Assembly: GCA_001949185.1 (NCBI GenBank)
Contig: BDGG01000001.1
Span: 386,128 to 450,127, forward strand
Length of the DNA: 64,000 nt
Direction: 5' to 3'
DNA from: Ramazzottius varieornatus
Lineage: Eukaryota; Animalia; Tardigrada
The position numbers and the translations under genes were made by a program. Positions 25,935 to 39,098 of this stretch are shown piece after piece. Numbering within the stretch: the stretch's first letter is position 1; every line of letters begins with the position of its first letter. The notes below the pieces were generated by a model. That model was given only the letters and a program-made list of their open reading frames with translations, ran no database searches and was not told the origin of the DNA.

Positions 25935-28811
25935 TTACAAAATGTCCAAGAAAGACGGGTGTCGGTGTTTGCGGAAGATGAGTTTCGATGGTTCCAAGTA
26001 GTGGACTTGCATCTTGCAGTGACGCTGATGTCGGCTACAAAAAGAAAGCAGACGAGCTTATAGCCGAAGTCGAGCAGAGCGCTGGATGACTTGATAACGA
26101 TAATCCTCTTGATCAATGAGGGCTTGTCGACTCACTGTAAACAGCAGGCGGAAAGCGCCGCGAAGATGCCCGAAATCCCAAATAGCATGCAACTGATCAA
26201 CAGCATGGTGGACTGCGCATGACCTGCAATTGCCACTCTTGATCATGAAGAGGATGCAAGTACTGAAGACGAGCAACGCACACCTGGCGCACTTTCCCTT
26301 CGAGCGCAGGGCTCTTCGTCTCCTCGGTAGCCGCATACCGGTCGATCAAGTGCGATGCGTTCCGACCTGATCCACTCAAAGTTGATTGATGAAGGCTTCA
26401 AGCTTTGATCTCGAGCGTTGAACCAGAAGAGCTCCTGAAACCGTGATCCAACATGATTGTTTGGAGGAATATACAGTGAAGATGAAACAGGCTAAACCGT
26501 AGTTGGATACTGTACACGCGCGAAGGGAAAGTCTGCAACAGTAAAAAGTTTGAAACAGGCGATTCCGAAACAGCGGAACGGAAGTTCGATTGTACGTGTG
26601 CAATTCACGCCAATGCACTTTTCTACGGATGGATTTTCAGTTTGCCGTCTTTTCCGCCTGTTCCAAACTTTTTACTGCTAAAACTTTCCCTTCGTGCGTG
26701 TACAAATATACTTCAAAGTTCTTGGTCTGCTGACTCATGCCAACAATGGCGTAAATGCTTTCCAGGTCTCCGTTGTGGTTCATCTCGCAAACACCACAGG
26801 GTGTGGCGAATGTTCGGTTATGCATCAGTTTGACCAGTCGAGAGCCGTCGGACAAGCTTTTGTTTAGCTGGATGGCTTCACCAACGGTTTGAGCCGTTAC
26901 GTGAAGGGCGCTGTAGGTTGAAGTACCATACAGGAGCCCCTTTCAGAAAGTACAGTCCAAATGAGTTCCCATCAAACTAAGGTCAGAATGATATATGTTA
27001 TTTCCTCATAGATTTTACCGACTCCGTTACGGGGGACGATAAATTATAGCTGTCCTTTGCCACATGCTCAATAGCGTCAAAGAGCGCCAGAGTCTTTGTA
27101 GTTGCAGGGAGGCGAGCCAGAGTCACAATGAAGAGAGACTCGAATACTTTGGCAGCGTCCTGAAACCAGTCGGCGGTTTGAGCGAACATCCCCAATTGCA
27201 GCAAGGCCGCACATGCCGGCCGTAAAATGATTGAGGGAAAATATGGCCTACCGGATTCAACGGAAGAACATTTCTGAACAAGGAAGGATCTCCGATACCA
27301 GGCACCTCGAAATAATAGGGGTGGTGTGTGATGTAGACCTGCACAGAGGTTACTCCTAAACTCCTGGCTGAACGAACAGTAAATAGGCAGTAAATACGAA
27401 ATCGAGCACATAGGCTCGGCTTGGTACAGGCGGTAATCTTACGTATTCGGGTGTCGTCATATTCAGTTGCGACGCTGTCAAGAGAACCTGCCGGACGTAG
27501 TCCATGTGCGATATGACGACGATCACTACAAAAGTCAAAGACGTGAACTAGACGATGACTCTCCTGACAGTACGCAACTCTGTACTCCAACCTCGACTGT
27601 ATAGCTTGGCGTCTTGGAGAGCGGAGATGCGCTCGTCGGCTTTGGAAAGATTGGCCCCTTGAGAGAATATTTTATAGCCTTGTTGTGATGTTAAAGCTGC
27701 AGCGAACTCGTTGCATGTCCCACGATAGAAGTCGCGCGTGTACTCTCCAAACTCTGTTGATATGTCGCAGGTGAATGATATCGTTTGCCATTTGTACTTG
27801 TCCATAAGCATTTTGAAGACCATCGGATATACGGAAGTGTCAGAGGGGGTAAAGCGAATCAATGTTGGATAATGCTTTTTGTTTTTCAGCTGCGAACCGG
27901 TACCGACACTGTAAGTAAAAGTGCTACAAAGACAGTTACCACCAGTCCTGCGGAGCTATTTAGCTCGTTTCGCCTTTCTTCTACGAGGTTTTCTCAAAAA
28001 GCTCATGCAGGTTCGTGCGATGCACAACCCTGTGTTGCGTTTTCGCAGAAAAAGGCAGATTCAGCTCGCGAGCTGAAACGAGCTAAATAGCTCCGCAGCT
28101 CTGGTTACCACCACTGGCCAGCTCATACCCCACGTTGCTGTGCGTTTACCTGACAATTATCGGGATGTTCCATTCTGGAAAGAAAAGCAGTGCTTTGTTT
28201 CTCGCGCACATCACACGGACTGTCACAATGCATGGATCGATGGCACGTTCTCGGAAAATATCCGGTGGTATAATTGAGCCGGAAACAGATTGCATTTCAG
28301 CTTTTACCTCGCGCAAGCTCCGCCGCAGAATATTCGGAAGAACTGCAACCTAGGATTACAGATACAAGCCAGTGACTTTACCGAGAGGCAGAGGCTCAAA
28401 TGGTACGAGCCACTTACCAGTGGCCAAGATGATAGGATGAGTCCACTCACTCAGTAAGAGTCGAGTGACGTAGTAAAAGTCAGCGAGGTACGCAGTCGTA
28501 GCGCTGTCAAATTCATCACAAAAGCTTTGAGTATTCCAGTAGGTCGAATAAGTAAAGGTTATATTGCTGGCGTAGAGCTTTTGAACTTCTCTGATGGCGA
28601 TATCAGTGGCGGCTGCCACCGCTTCCCTGTTGTAGGCAATCAACACCACAAAGTGAACATGTGGTTTCGGCTCTTTGCCAGGCTGATTACTACATAATCC
28701 CACGTGCGTAAGATTCATTGCCAGCATTGCCGGTGAAAATCCGAATAGATCACCGAGCGCATGACGTAATACGCAGACAACAAAGACAAGGTCTGGAAGT
28801 CTGCCCAACAT
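25935..28811 (-). CDS. ANF-receptor-family (natriuretic peptide receptor-like) type I membrane protein with short tail, multi-exon
   Basis: Signal peptide; spliced GCSSSEYSAAELAREWNIPIIVSVG..LKNKKHYPTLIRF, KYKWQTI, LNMTTPEY, FEW...DRPVCGYRGDEEPC, TM MLLISCMLFGISGIFAALSACCL; stop at 25935. Confidence 0.75.
26515..26700. mobile_element. MITE family B, copy 2 (in an intron of the ANF-receptor gene)
   Basis: TA|CACGCGCGAAGGGAAAG...CTTTCCCTTCGTGCGTG|TA. Confidence 0.8.
27943..28103. mobile_element. hAT-type MITE, copy 1 (intronic)
   Basis: CAG..CTG termini, ~28-bp TIR, 8-bp target duplication GTTACCAC (27935-27942 and 28104-28111). Confidence 0.88.
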
Positions 28812-30559
28812 TGATACTTCGGTGGACGTTTCAGAGCGAAATTCTCTGAGAGACTGTATACTGTTCGAGATCTAAACAAGTTGCATCATTCAGTAGAAAT
28901 CTCCGAAGAGCTCTTGGTACACAGCTCTCCTCACCGGCATGACGGAGATGTTATCTTACTGTATAGCAATGAACTGGGCCCTACTTAGATCGCCTGTGCA
29001 TGTTCTTTCAACAAGCCTCTTTACTGATACTTAAAGAGATTACTTTCATCGATTTCATTTGACTAAAACCAGCCAAAAAAGGAGGCTGCATGAGTCAGAA
29101 TATTGGCGCTAACCTCACTGAAGGTGAGCCGATCGGAAAGCCAATCTGTACTCTACGACACGCGAGAGGGGGAAAACATCATTGGCAAGTGTTACGCCCC
29201 TGACCGAATGCATATATACCCGAATTTAATAGTTATCATATGGAGCAATACCATTCCTGTTGACAGAAGAATTTGACTGAAATATAACTTGACAATGGAA
29301 GCACTGCTGACCGGTACTAAAAAGCGAACAGCCTGTATTATCGGAGGTAGAACAGTCACGGCAGACGCCGACCGAAGGTGCTGACTTTACTGAACGTGCC
29401 AGAAGTGACCTACCAGCGAACCATCCAGCCACGGCTTTCCGATAATCTTGTTGGATTGAAGTTTGGCGCGTTTGGGTCGTCATCGCCCCCACCGTGATGC
29501 CCGAAGCCATTCATCATCATTAGGACTATCAACCATACCGGAGGAAATTTTCACTCAAGTTTTCGCACTCCGATATATATCATCCTTCCAGACTGCGCAA
29601 AACTGGATTACTTACGTGGTAGCATCTTGGCTATAAACCAAAAATGGATTCCGTCATTCAAACCACAAACCTTCTTACGAAAACGATGTTTGTGAGTATG
29701 GCATATTACCAAATGAGTTGCCTGATGAGGGTGAAGAAGCCGCTTCTGCAATAACACGATATGAATACAGCGTGCCGTAAAGGAACCCATTTCATACAAA
29801 ACTGTGCACTGTGCTTGAAATGTCATATCAACAATCTGGAAGACATTATCATCCCGAACTGACCTGTGTCGCTTTTGACAGCAGAACCACCAGAGGACAT
29901 CTCTTGCAGCATACTCAGCATCAACAATTCCTGTATACCTCGTCCCCCACCGCCACCTCCAGATCCGCCACTGTAGCCATCGCGCTTTGATCGTTTGCCG
30001 CTAAAATCCATTGCGCTCTTGGCGGCCTGCAGCAGGGCGCCATATCTCGCTTCACCCGATTTTTTTACCTATTATGATAACTGTCGACACACAATGGTAA
30101 TGGAAGTCCTGATATGAATATTCATTGAAGCCGATGGTTTTAACTCACCACAGAATATGCCTTTGCATGACACAAACAATAACTGGAGACAATAAACCAA
30201 AGCACTGTCAGATATGGCGAAGAGGTCATTATTGTGGCCTTAGTAACGTAATCAATGAGCGCCTATGTGCGTGGACTGGAGACGCTTAAAGTCCTATCCG
30301 TGTACAGGTATACAATTTTTGACTTCCAAGCTACCGCCGCCTGAACGCTTTGCCCGCGTTCTTCAGGACTGTTACTTTTTACTAAAAGCATCGCTCAGCT
30401 AGATATAAACTGCTGACGTGAGAGATACATTGGTCGAGTTCGTTTATTTTCCGCAGTACACCAATACGATATTCTCCCTGGCTGACATGGGCAGAGGATC
30501 GGGAGCTGATGTTCAAGCCAGCAAAGTCCGTTCATGTTCGGTCCTCCGCAGGGAGGACA

Positions 30560-30740
30560 GCCTTTCCTACGCCGTCGTATCGGCTCAATAATACCTGAGG
30601 AAGACACAGTGAAGTATCTAGGACTCCACCTGGATTCCCAACCAAGCTGGAAGACTACACGCAACAAATCGTCGCCAAAGTCAACAAGAGAGTCCGGTAC
30701 CCCAATTCTCTCTTCCCTCCGTCTTGCCAGCGTACCCGCC
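30560..30740 (+). mobile_element. Non-LTR retrotransposon reverse transcriptase relic
   Basis: IPEEDTVKYLGLHLDSQPSWK resembles the VKYLG..LD..L.W motif at the end of LINE RTs. Confidence 0.6.
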
Positions 30741-31030
30741 CGATAAAAAATTATGGGGCAGGCGGAAAGGACGGCAAAATGGAAATTCGACCGTAGCAAA
30801 GTGTCGCAAAGTGTATTAGTATGAATCAGGCGTGCTTCCGTACCGCCACAGGGAAAAGGCCTGTTCCATAATTTTTACTGCCCTTGGTTTCTCCTCGTAC
30901 GTGTACTGATTGCTCCGATATGAGTGAAAAGGCTGAGTTTGGTTTATATGTCACTTGTGTGGGTGCAAGACCTGCTGTGAGTTATATTATGTCAAAGGTT
31001 TTTTTTGTATTCTGCTCCATCACAGATTTC

Positions 31031-31237
31031 GGACGTCGGCAAAATGAAACGCCATGAACAGGGGCGCCTACAAGCGGGCCCGAGATGATTCGACGCAGGG
31101 CAAGTGTACCCGCCCCAAAAGTTATAGATTGTACAATGACGCCTTTTCTATCAATATAATACCCCTACCTCGGGCCAGATGTCCTCGGGCCCGCTGTGGG
31201 CGCGCCCTGTTCATGGCTTTTCATTTTGCCGACGTCC
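31031..31237. mobile_element. Palindromic MITE
   Basis: GGACGTCGGCAAAATGAAA.GCCATGAACAGGG and its reverse complement at the right end; ATTT near both flanks. Confidence 0.75.
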
Positions 31238-31619
31238 CATTTATGAATTCCCTCTGGCTCCCCAGTGGCCTATCCACTGGCCAGTCGATAACGACGGGCT
31301 GTAATTATCAACGCATGCGCAGCAGCTACCCTGATGACGAGGAAGCTAGGAACTTCAGCGTAGAGACTGCATAACATCTTAGCCAAGCGGTGCCCTGGGC
31401 CCTGTATCTTGAACGAGTGGTGCCACGTTACCAGAGCGAGGGATGCATCTTCTAAGTTTGGTTCAGGTAAATGTTTCTTCGTCGTTTATACAGCAGCAAG
31501 GCTGCGACCCATAATCGAAAATGTATGGCCAGCAAACTACTACTCGAATATGCAAACAATATGTTATAATGTATGGTGCGGAATTGATAGCAGATGCAGT
31601 CAAGCGTAAAAAGGTCGTT

Positions 31620-32173
31620 TTAGAAGCGGTTTGCCGCCATAAAGATTACGGCAACGCCCATGGCAATAACACTTGGAGTGTTGATTCCGGAACTGTTACA
31701 GTCGTCTCGGTCGCAGTAACAGGTTCGGGGTTTGTCGCCGCTGCACTCCATCTTCCCATTAGACGGTTTGACTTCGCAGTTTCGGCTCATTTCACCTAGA
31801 AAGACGCTTCTTGTGCATTTCAAACTTACAGATTTATTAATATTGATGGATATCGATTGTTGATAGTTTCAAATCAAAGAGAGCTTGTTGTAGAGGAGCC
31901 ACCCACCGTTCTCTCGAACAGTTTTTTTGCAGACTTCACCGGTGGCGCACGCCGTAGGTTTGAACATGTCCTTGTTGAGGGGATCGCGGCACTGCTGCTG
32001 TTCGAACGTGCACTGGTGGCAACGGATACTGTCAACTGCAATCAGGCGTCACCGATAAGGAACAGATACGGTACTCGTACTGCAGTTCAAATTTCGAAAA
32101 CGTTGTACGAACCAGCGCCGAAGAAACAGGCAACAGTGAGCATGCACACCAGGAAGACGAGACCGTGATTCAT
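31620..32173 (-). CDS. Ly6/uPAR (quiver/sleepless-like) three-finger protein, GPI-anchored, 3 exons
   Basis: Signal MNHGLVFLVCMLTVACFFG; IRCHQC...CRDP...CKK...RNC...CYCDRDDCN; hydrophobic C-terminus. Confidence 0.85.
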
Positions 32174-33298
32174 GATGACGACAACTGTAAATAAATAATG
32201 TCACTAGATCACCGGTGAAGCAGAGCGAGCTTTGAAAAAGGCAAAAGCTTTGTGGTGACTGTTGTGGTCGGAAAGCGGCGTGTTGCAGAATGGCTGCTGT
32301 TTGTCGAATGATGGCATAAAGTATTTAATCCGAACTCTGGTCTTACTTGATGGAGCTCGGGTGTGCAAACAGCTGTATCTGCTGTGGCAGGAACAATGCA
32401 AACACGCTCCGTTTGATTACGAGTTATGGACCAGAGCTCAGGCTCAGCACCCATCTGTGTGATTGGTAACTGATTAGCGTATTTACAGATCTGATTCCGT
32501 ACAAAGAACATGTGCTTTGAAGCTTTACTTTGTATGATACCGCTACAGCTTATCATAGCGGGAAAGGGAAAATGAAGTCATCGGTCTATCGCGACAATAT
32601 CATCTCGTTCGAATAGTACAATGGCAGACGAGTGTACAGGTGTCTTCCTCCAGTTTGATACCGTCCGCGAGAGACATAAAAAAGGCCACGAATCGGTAGT
32701 AAAAGGGAAGAAAAACCTCTTGTAAGAGAGAACGGCTCCTCTGGAATTTTATTCGGTACCAACAAAGCCAGTCTGACGCAGCCACGGAATCACTCTGTCG
32801 TGTGCGGGTTTCACGATTTCAATATAGAACAAAGATTCAAGGCTTTTTCTTGATGACGTACTTGTGATCGAGTCAATATCAGATGAGCGGTGAAGGAACG
32901 TCTTGCGAAGGCCCACCTGGACAGAACGCTCGGTGATGTACACTTCCTAGGGTACACACTCTCCAGCTGGAGGCCGCAAAAGAAACACAGAGCCCCTTCC
33001 GATGACTTGGCTTTGGCAGAAGCTGCTATTCATTTTGGACAAATACTCCAACCATAAGTCTAACAGACGAACTGGCCGACACGCATGGTTCTAAGCGTGG
33101 CTTATCGAATGAGACGTTGATTACTAAGTGTTTCATCAGATCAGTTAGAAGTTACGGTTTTATCTACTGTATTTCAGTTTATTCAATCTCTACTAAAGTG
33201 TTGGTACACGGCATAACATAGACGGTACTGCATTCATTGGAGAGGCTGTCTAACGGACGCGCCTCTAGTCAATCGACCAAACTATTCCTCGAAAAGGT

Positions 33299-33986
33299 TT
33301 AGCAAGAGCGGTACAGAGCCACGAACGCAACCGTTAAAGCCAGAACTATCGTTTGGGGAGCATTGTTTCCACCTCCGTTGCACCCCTCACCTTCGCACAG
33401 GCAATCGAATGCCTTATCTGCGATATTTTTACACCCTAAGGTGCTACTGCCTTTCACGTCACAACCTCGAGTGACAATCCCTGCAAATATAGCCAACAAA
33501 ATCTTTACCCATAAAGATCGACAGGATTGAATCATATTAAATTTCCAGCAAGACAGAAAGCCAATACCCAGGAACCGTACCTCTAATCGTATTTTTCCGA
33601 CAAACGTTCGCGCCGGGAATTGAACATTCCTGGCTGGGGAAAGCCTTTTTGTCGATGGGGTCGTTGCAGCCTGTGTTGATATTCCCGATGGAGCTGGCGG
33701 TGCACTGATGGCACTTCAAACTACTCACTGCAAAACAGGCTATACTGTAACTCCAACGAGCTATAACTATCTATATCTATTGGCATAGTAAATGTGAAAA
33801 CTTTGTTGAAAAGACGATATTGTGTTCTCAGAAAAGCGAGAAGATAGCGAAACAAAAAACGAACAACTACACACGGACACACGAATCGACTTGTGGAACG
33901 CGAGGAAGACAATAATCCAACGAACCCGTATGAAAGAAACAGGTGAAAGCAACAGCTCCCAGGAAAACAATGCTCGCTAACTGCAT
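33299..33986 (-). CDS. Ly6/uPAR (quiver-like) three-finger protein, paralogue, 3 exons
   Basis: Signal MQLASIVFLGAVAFTCFF; LKCHQC...CNDP...CRK...RGC...CLCEGEGCN; hydrophobic C-terminus. Confidence 0.85.
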
Positions 33987-34362
33987 GGTGCTGCTTCGGC
34001 TGAAGTAGGACGGGGACTACTATCGATAAGAAGTGACGAAAATTGGCAAAGGAGAAGAATGGGCAGCTAAGTTTGAGAAGGAAAGTACTGCATGTAACTC
34101 CCCGGTTCGACCATCTGTATTAAGAAGTGCGGCAGAATGTAGTGCGGATCAGTGGACAAGGTTTATCGTTTAATTGTACTCTGAATCAGACTTTCTGATA
34201 AACATAATCGTGATAATCCATTTCGGAACTGTTTACGAGCTTTGTTGACTCTTTACAATCGTACTCCAAGCTGCTGACTTATAATTACCTTTATCCACCC
34301 TATTAAGGTACCTTATCATGGACGTAGTTAAGTTATATCATGATGTGCCGTCATCCAGTATA

Positions 34363-34548
34363 CACTCAAAGGGAAAGTTTGGAACAATTAAAGTTTGAGA
34401 CAGGCGGAAACGACGGCGAATTGAGAATTCAACTATAGACAATTGTCAAAAAGTGCATTGGTGTGAATTGCACACGTACGTACGAGCTTAAGTTCCCCTG
34501 TTCCGAGATCGCCTTCATTTACAGTTCCAAACTTTCCCCTCGCGCGTG
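34363..34548. mobile_element. MITE family B, copy 3 (opposite orientation)
   Basis: TA|CACTCAAAGGGAAAGTTTGG...CCAAACTTTCCCCTCGCGCGTG|TA. Confidence 0.75.
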
Positions 34549-34725
34549 TACACGGGACTACTAATAGTGCATAAATGCAGCGATATTTCTATCGTGTGTT
34601 ATGGTTACATGGATTCAGTTCTCCATGCAGTTACGACCTGTACTGTTGTTTATGAGTTGCAAAAGCTCCGATCATGATGTCGAAGCTCCCTGGCAGTTCG
34701 CACTATACAACTTTTTGGTTCAGTA

Positions 34726-35334
34726 CCCGCGGCTGGCCTAATTATTGGCCTGGACAAAATTTCTGGCCGGAGGGGCTGGCGGAACTTTAACGCAGAGATT
34801 GTAATGTCATAGCAGAAACTAGCCTTGTGACGTCAGCAAGTAAAATTTCGCAATGCTATATGCGGAATACAGTGTCATTCCAGAATTCGTTTCTTATTTC
34901 GTACTTCTTTTCCCATCTTGAGGGAGGTTAGCCTGGAATATGCCGGATGGTGGTGAGAGCAAGAGACAGCGAAAGTATACGGAGGATAGCCTGAAAAAGG
35001 CAGTTCGTGCGGTTGCTTTTATAAGGTGATGGATTGCCAAAGTAAGAGCCTTTCCGGCGAGTAAAGTCAAGTTTTAACGTTGATTTACCATCAGAGCTGC
35101 ATTTGCCTAGAAAAATATCCAAGCATATAGCAGGAAATCAGATCTACAATGATTGAGATTTGTGAAGATCTCTGCAAACGTTTGGTTGTTCATGTAGGTA
35201 AAGCGGTGATGTGTGCCACATTGTGTGGTGAAACCAGTTGTTTCAGCCGCATGCATTTACAGCTGGCGGGGCCGCTGATTCTGAAATCATTGGGCAGAAA
35301 TTTTGTCCAGACCAATAATTAGGCCAGCCGCGTG
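34726..35334. mobile_element. Non-autonomous TIR element with TA flanks
   Basis: CCCGCGGCTGGCCTAATTATTGG.CTGGACAAAATTTCTG and its reverse complement at 35295-35334. Confidence 0.8.
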
Positions 35335-35486
35335 TACTAACTTTAGTCAAGACACGCAAAATGAATCACTGTAGGTAACGGTGGACACTAACTTAGTGCC
35401 GAACTGGCCCATACCGAGCTTTAGCCTGATAAGTGGGTGGGATACTAACCGTAACATGAAGTAATCGGTCTACCGCAATACAGTAC

Positions 35487-35665
35487 TAGACCTGGCAATG
35501 ATGTGGTTTCACCACAGCACAATGAGAAAAACCACACTTCTTAGTTTCGGCATGCGGGAAACACCAAACCGAAAAAAGTGGTGTCCGTTTCACACCGAAT
35601 TTTCGGTGTCGGTGTCCAGGGACACTACATCACACCAAACCGAAAAACTCTTGGTACACCACTTC
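35487..35665 (+). repeat. Left-end fragment of the hAT-like element found at 62023-62648
   Basis: Shared ACACCAAACCGAAAA / GTGGTGT subrepeats and aligned order. Confidence 0.7.
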
Positions 35666-35914
35666 ATAGGATGATCGTGGGCTAAGGCAGAGGCGAGTCT
35701 GGCTGGATCGTAACTGTGCCATACAGCAAACTTCCCGAAAGTATCGGCGTTATTGTATCGTATTGGCAAAAGATGTACGCAGGTTTGAAACTTAGTGTCG
35801 GTTGATCATGGGTTGGAAAAAGTGGATCAGCCAATCGCTGGAAAAAGAGTTCCCGCTTGAGCAACGGTGGTTTGCCAGACATCTTTCTTTATCGTTAGAT
35901 TGAAGGCGCAGCAC

Positions 35915-38900
35915 TTAATTCAGCCAACTCTTCGAGCTGGTCCGAGGACAAGCCAATTTGCTTGAACCGTATCTTGTTGAACGCTTCGGGTCCGCCGCGC
36001 AGCCCGGCCAGATATTGCAGAGGCTTGACCGCTGCTGTACCCGACTCTTTATTCGTCTGTACCTCCTGGTCCCTGTCAATTCACAACATCCCGCACCCAT
36101 CGTCGAACCGTCAAGCACCGACTTAAAGCACCTACTTTAACGGCGTTGTGGTCTGCATCCCACGCTGCACTCGATATTGACTGCAAACCGTTTGCGTAGA
36201 GTGGGTCGTTGATTTGGTGATTAAATACTGAAAAGAAAGCGATTGCTGAAAACGCTGTAATCGGGACATACAGTAAATGCTTTCGGTACATTTTTGTATG
36301 CTTGTTTGCGGATGTTCCACACATTCCATTCATAGTTCGAATCCCAATGAGAAGCGACAGGATGAAGTTCAGGTTGGATGGCCACGTCGATCTTTACCGC
36401 ACCCTTTTTCGAGTCTTCGCAATAGGGTATGCGCCGCTTCAAGTGCTCAATGTTGTCTTCCGCTGTTTCAGTGACAACTAGTCCCAGAAGCTTCTCCAGT
36501 ACGCTCCGCTTGCGGGTGATCGTCAATAAGTCTGTCATGTACTTTTCTGGATGCTGAGCGAATCGTTCAGCTGCATCGGCCTCTCGGAAACACATGTAGT
36601 GTCCATTGTAAAATATCAAACCGAGGCTTTTGTTGCCCGCGGCCAAGAACCCTGGATATTCCACCAGCGTCACAACACAACATCCCTGCGTGAAAAGGTT
36701 ACTGGCATTTTCAGGTGTAAATTCATGGTGCTGTTTTTTTAGCTCCATTCCAAACCTACTGTGAAGGCAACTGCTATTTGGTCAAAACGTGCCGTGGAGT
36801 CTTTCAGCAGGACACGGATATCTGCGTTCTTGATGTTTTCTGGTTTTATCGGCCTGACCGGTGTGGAAGTGCTCCGCTTCCGGACTCCGAAGGCCGAAGG
36901 GCCCAGATCGTCTTTCATTTTGTTCCACCCCTGTCGATCAATTGCGTCAGAAAATTCTGCCACGACAGGAGAAGGCCATCGAGATGGCACGCAATACCTT
37001 CAGAAACCGCTGCGTCTCGGCGAATATTTTGCGAAGGTTGGTCACGCGGCGGGCTTCGTCTTGGAGAACGAACCAGTCTTTTGCCAAGCCCACAAACAGT
37101 GGCTGCCAAATGATGCATTAGAAATCGAGATTCATCACCAACATGGTCATTGGCGACCTACAAAGACGACGTTGGCGGCAATGACGCGCTCGTTCCGACA
37201 GTTATCCTGAAGCTCTTTGACTTTCTTGGCAAACTCGCTCTGATTCCGTCCTATCACAACTTCAGTCTCTGCCAGCTCATTCTGCACGAAAGAAGAAAAT
37301 GTCTTGAGAAAAAGGTAACACAGTAGAGGAAATCATGTACTTGTAGTGGTCAAATGTCTTTACTTTGATCAAGTCCAGGTTAGTCAGATATTGGTGCAGC
37401 ATAATCAAGGCGTCCTTGAATGCCTCTCCCTTGACTTTGTGCTCCGAGGAAGGGTCTGTCATGGCCGAGTCAACCATGTCTGTCAGGATTTTCCGGTCAG
37501 CAGTTACCGTCTGCACTTCCTTCAGCAAATCCTGACGTAGATTTCCGATATCAGCTTTCGCCGAAACGCGCACTGTGAAAGAATGGACAGCCATGACAAT
37601 GGAGCCGACCGGACCGGGATACAGCGCAGTCAGTTACCGTCCGAGATCCCCACTCCGCCCTGCTGCTTTTCACGATTGAATAACCGCACACCGCTGGACA
37701 GGTACAGGTAGTCTTGGAGCTCGATCTTTTTCTTTTCCCTGCTTAGGTTGGAGAAACGGTTGACGGTCCCTTCCGGCCAGATGCTCGATAAGGCCGCTAC
37801 AGCAGAAAAATGATGAGAGTAGCAAACAAGTGGCGACACTTCCTATCTTTGTCTTGGGATCTGCACACCGTGCAAAAGACTGTTTATCCCACTTAACCAA
37901 AGAGGTTGAGAGATTTCTCACTGACACGGGAATTACGCCGTTCCTGCCGCTCGGATCCACAAACCAAGATGACAGAAAGATAGAGCGGAGCTTGATCCAT
38001 AAACCGGGATGGTCAAACTCGGGCAGACTAAATCCTGGATGCCAGTGAAAAATTTGGGAACAGGGTGACAGTTGCATACGGAAGACTGCATCAGCCGTTT
38101 TAGCTGGACCACAGTTACCCCAGATGGAAGAAACTATTCCTAACAGTTTTGTTCCCAGACCAAAACGATCAGTGCGAAATGTTTCTTTTTCAAGATCGCG
38201 TTAGCGGTTCAAGACTGTCCTTGAGGTCTCAAACCTTCAGACTCGTTTCCTGAACAATTTGGCCAGCAATCGTTCGGACATATAGTAAATCGGGCCGCCG
38301 ATGCCCATTTCTTACCAGCGCAATCTTTGAAGACCGCTATATCTTTCAGGTCGCCCAAAAACGACCTGACGATGACGTAAGTCACAATCTTCTTTGTCAG
38401 CTGTTCCAGCTCCCATTTTGAAGCTACCGTAGTGTTCAGGATGTCGTCCAGCAAAACGTAGCAGTCCTTGTCCTGCTGATGGCGTAGCTCATTCAGGAAG
38501 CACTCTAGTCAAGTAGGGTAATACAAGAAATCAGTCCAACTATTCCCTGGTTACTACATAGTACTGTACTTCGGTTAGCGGCAATGACATTGCTGCAATG
38601 AAAATTCGTTGTTTACCTCTTGTCGGAAAACTGACGTCTAAATAGATTTGCAGTTCCGCTGCGGCAATGGCAAATGGTTCATTCTGGAACTTTTTGATGC
38701 AGGCCTGCACCGATAATTCCAAACTGGCAACATCTTTCGCGCCAGTCTTATTCAAGAATCGATGCAATGGTATATACAATACTTTTGTACCTCGGTGAGA
38801 GTCTGGAGGTTATCCTTCGTTAAAGTTGCCAACTTCGTCTCCTCGACCGAGTTCGCCACGACAGAGTTCGCCACGACAGAGTTGACCTGTTGACAGTCCA

Positions 38901-39098
38901 TAATCACCATAAGGGTATACAAACCAAGGCGACTGTTTGCGCCTGTAGTACCAGATGTTCGGCCAGCGGTTTGGACATGGCGATGCCATTGCGTGTGCAG
39001 TACTTGGTGATGCCGTCCACAATGACCCACAGCGGTAGCACATTCCCCGCCGCCACCTCAGCGTGGGCTTCATCTTCCCCCGACATCATGCTAATCAA
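35915..39098 (-). CDS. CFAP206: Cilia- and flagella-associated protein 206, multi-exon
   Basis: SGVRLFNREKQQGGVGI, QGCCVVTL...GFLAAGN..LG..YNG, YEWNVWNIRKQA match conserved CFAP206 blocks; ends approximate. Confidence 0.85.

Noticed and set aside
38847-38882. 15-bp tandem duplication (NSVVA x2) in a CFAP206 exon
   Set aside because: Frame-preserving local duplication with no evidence of function.
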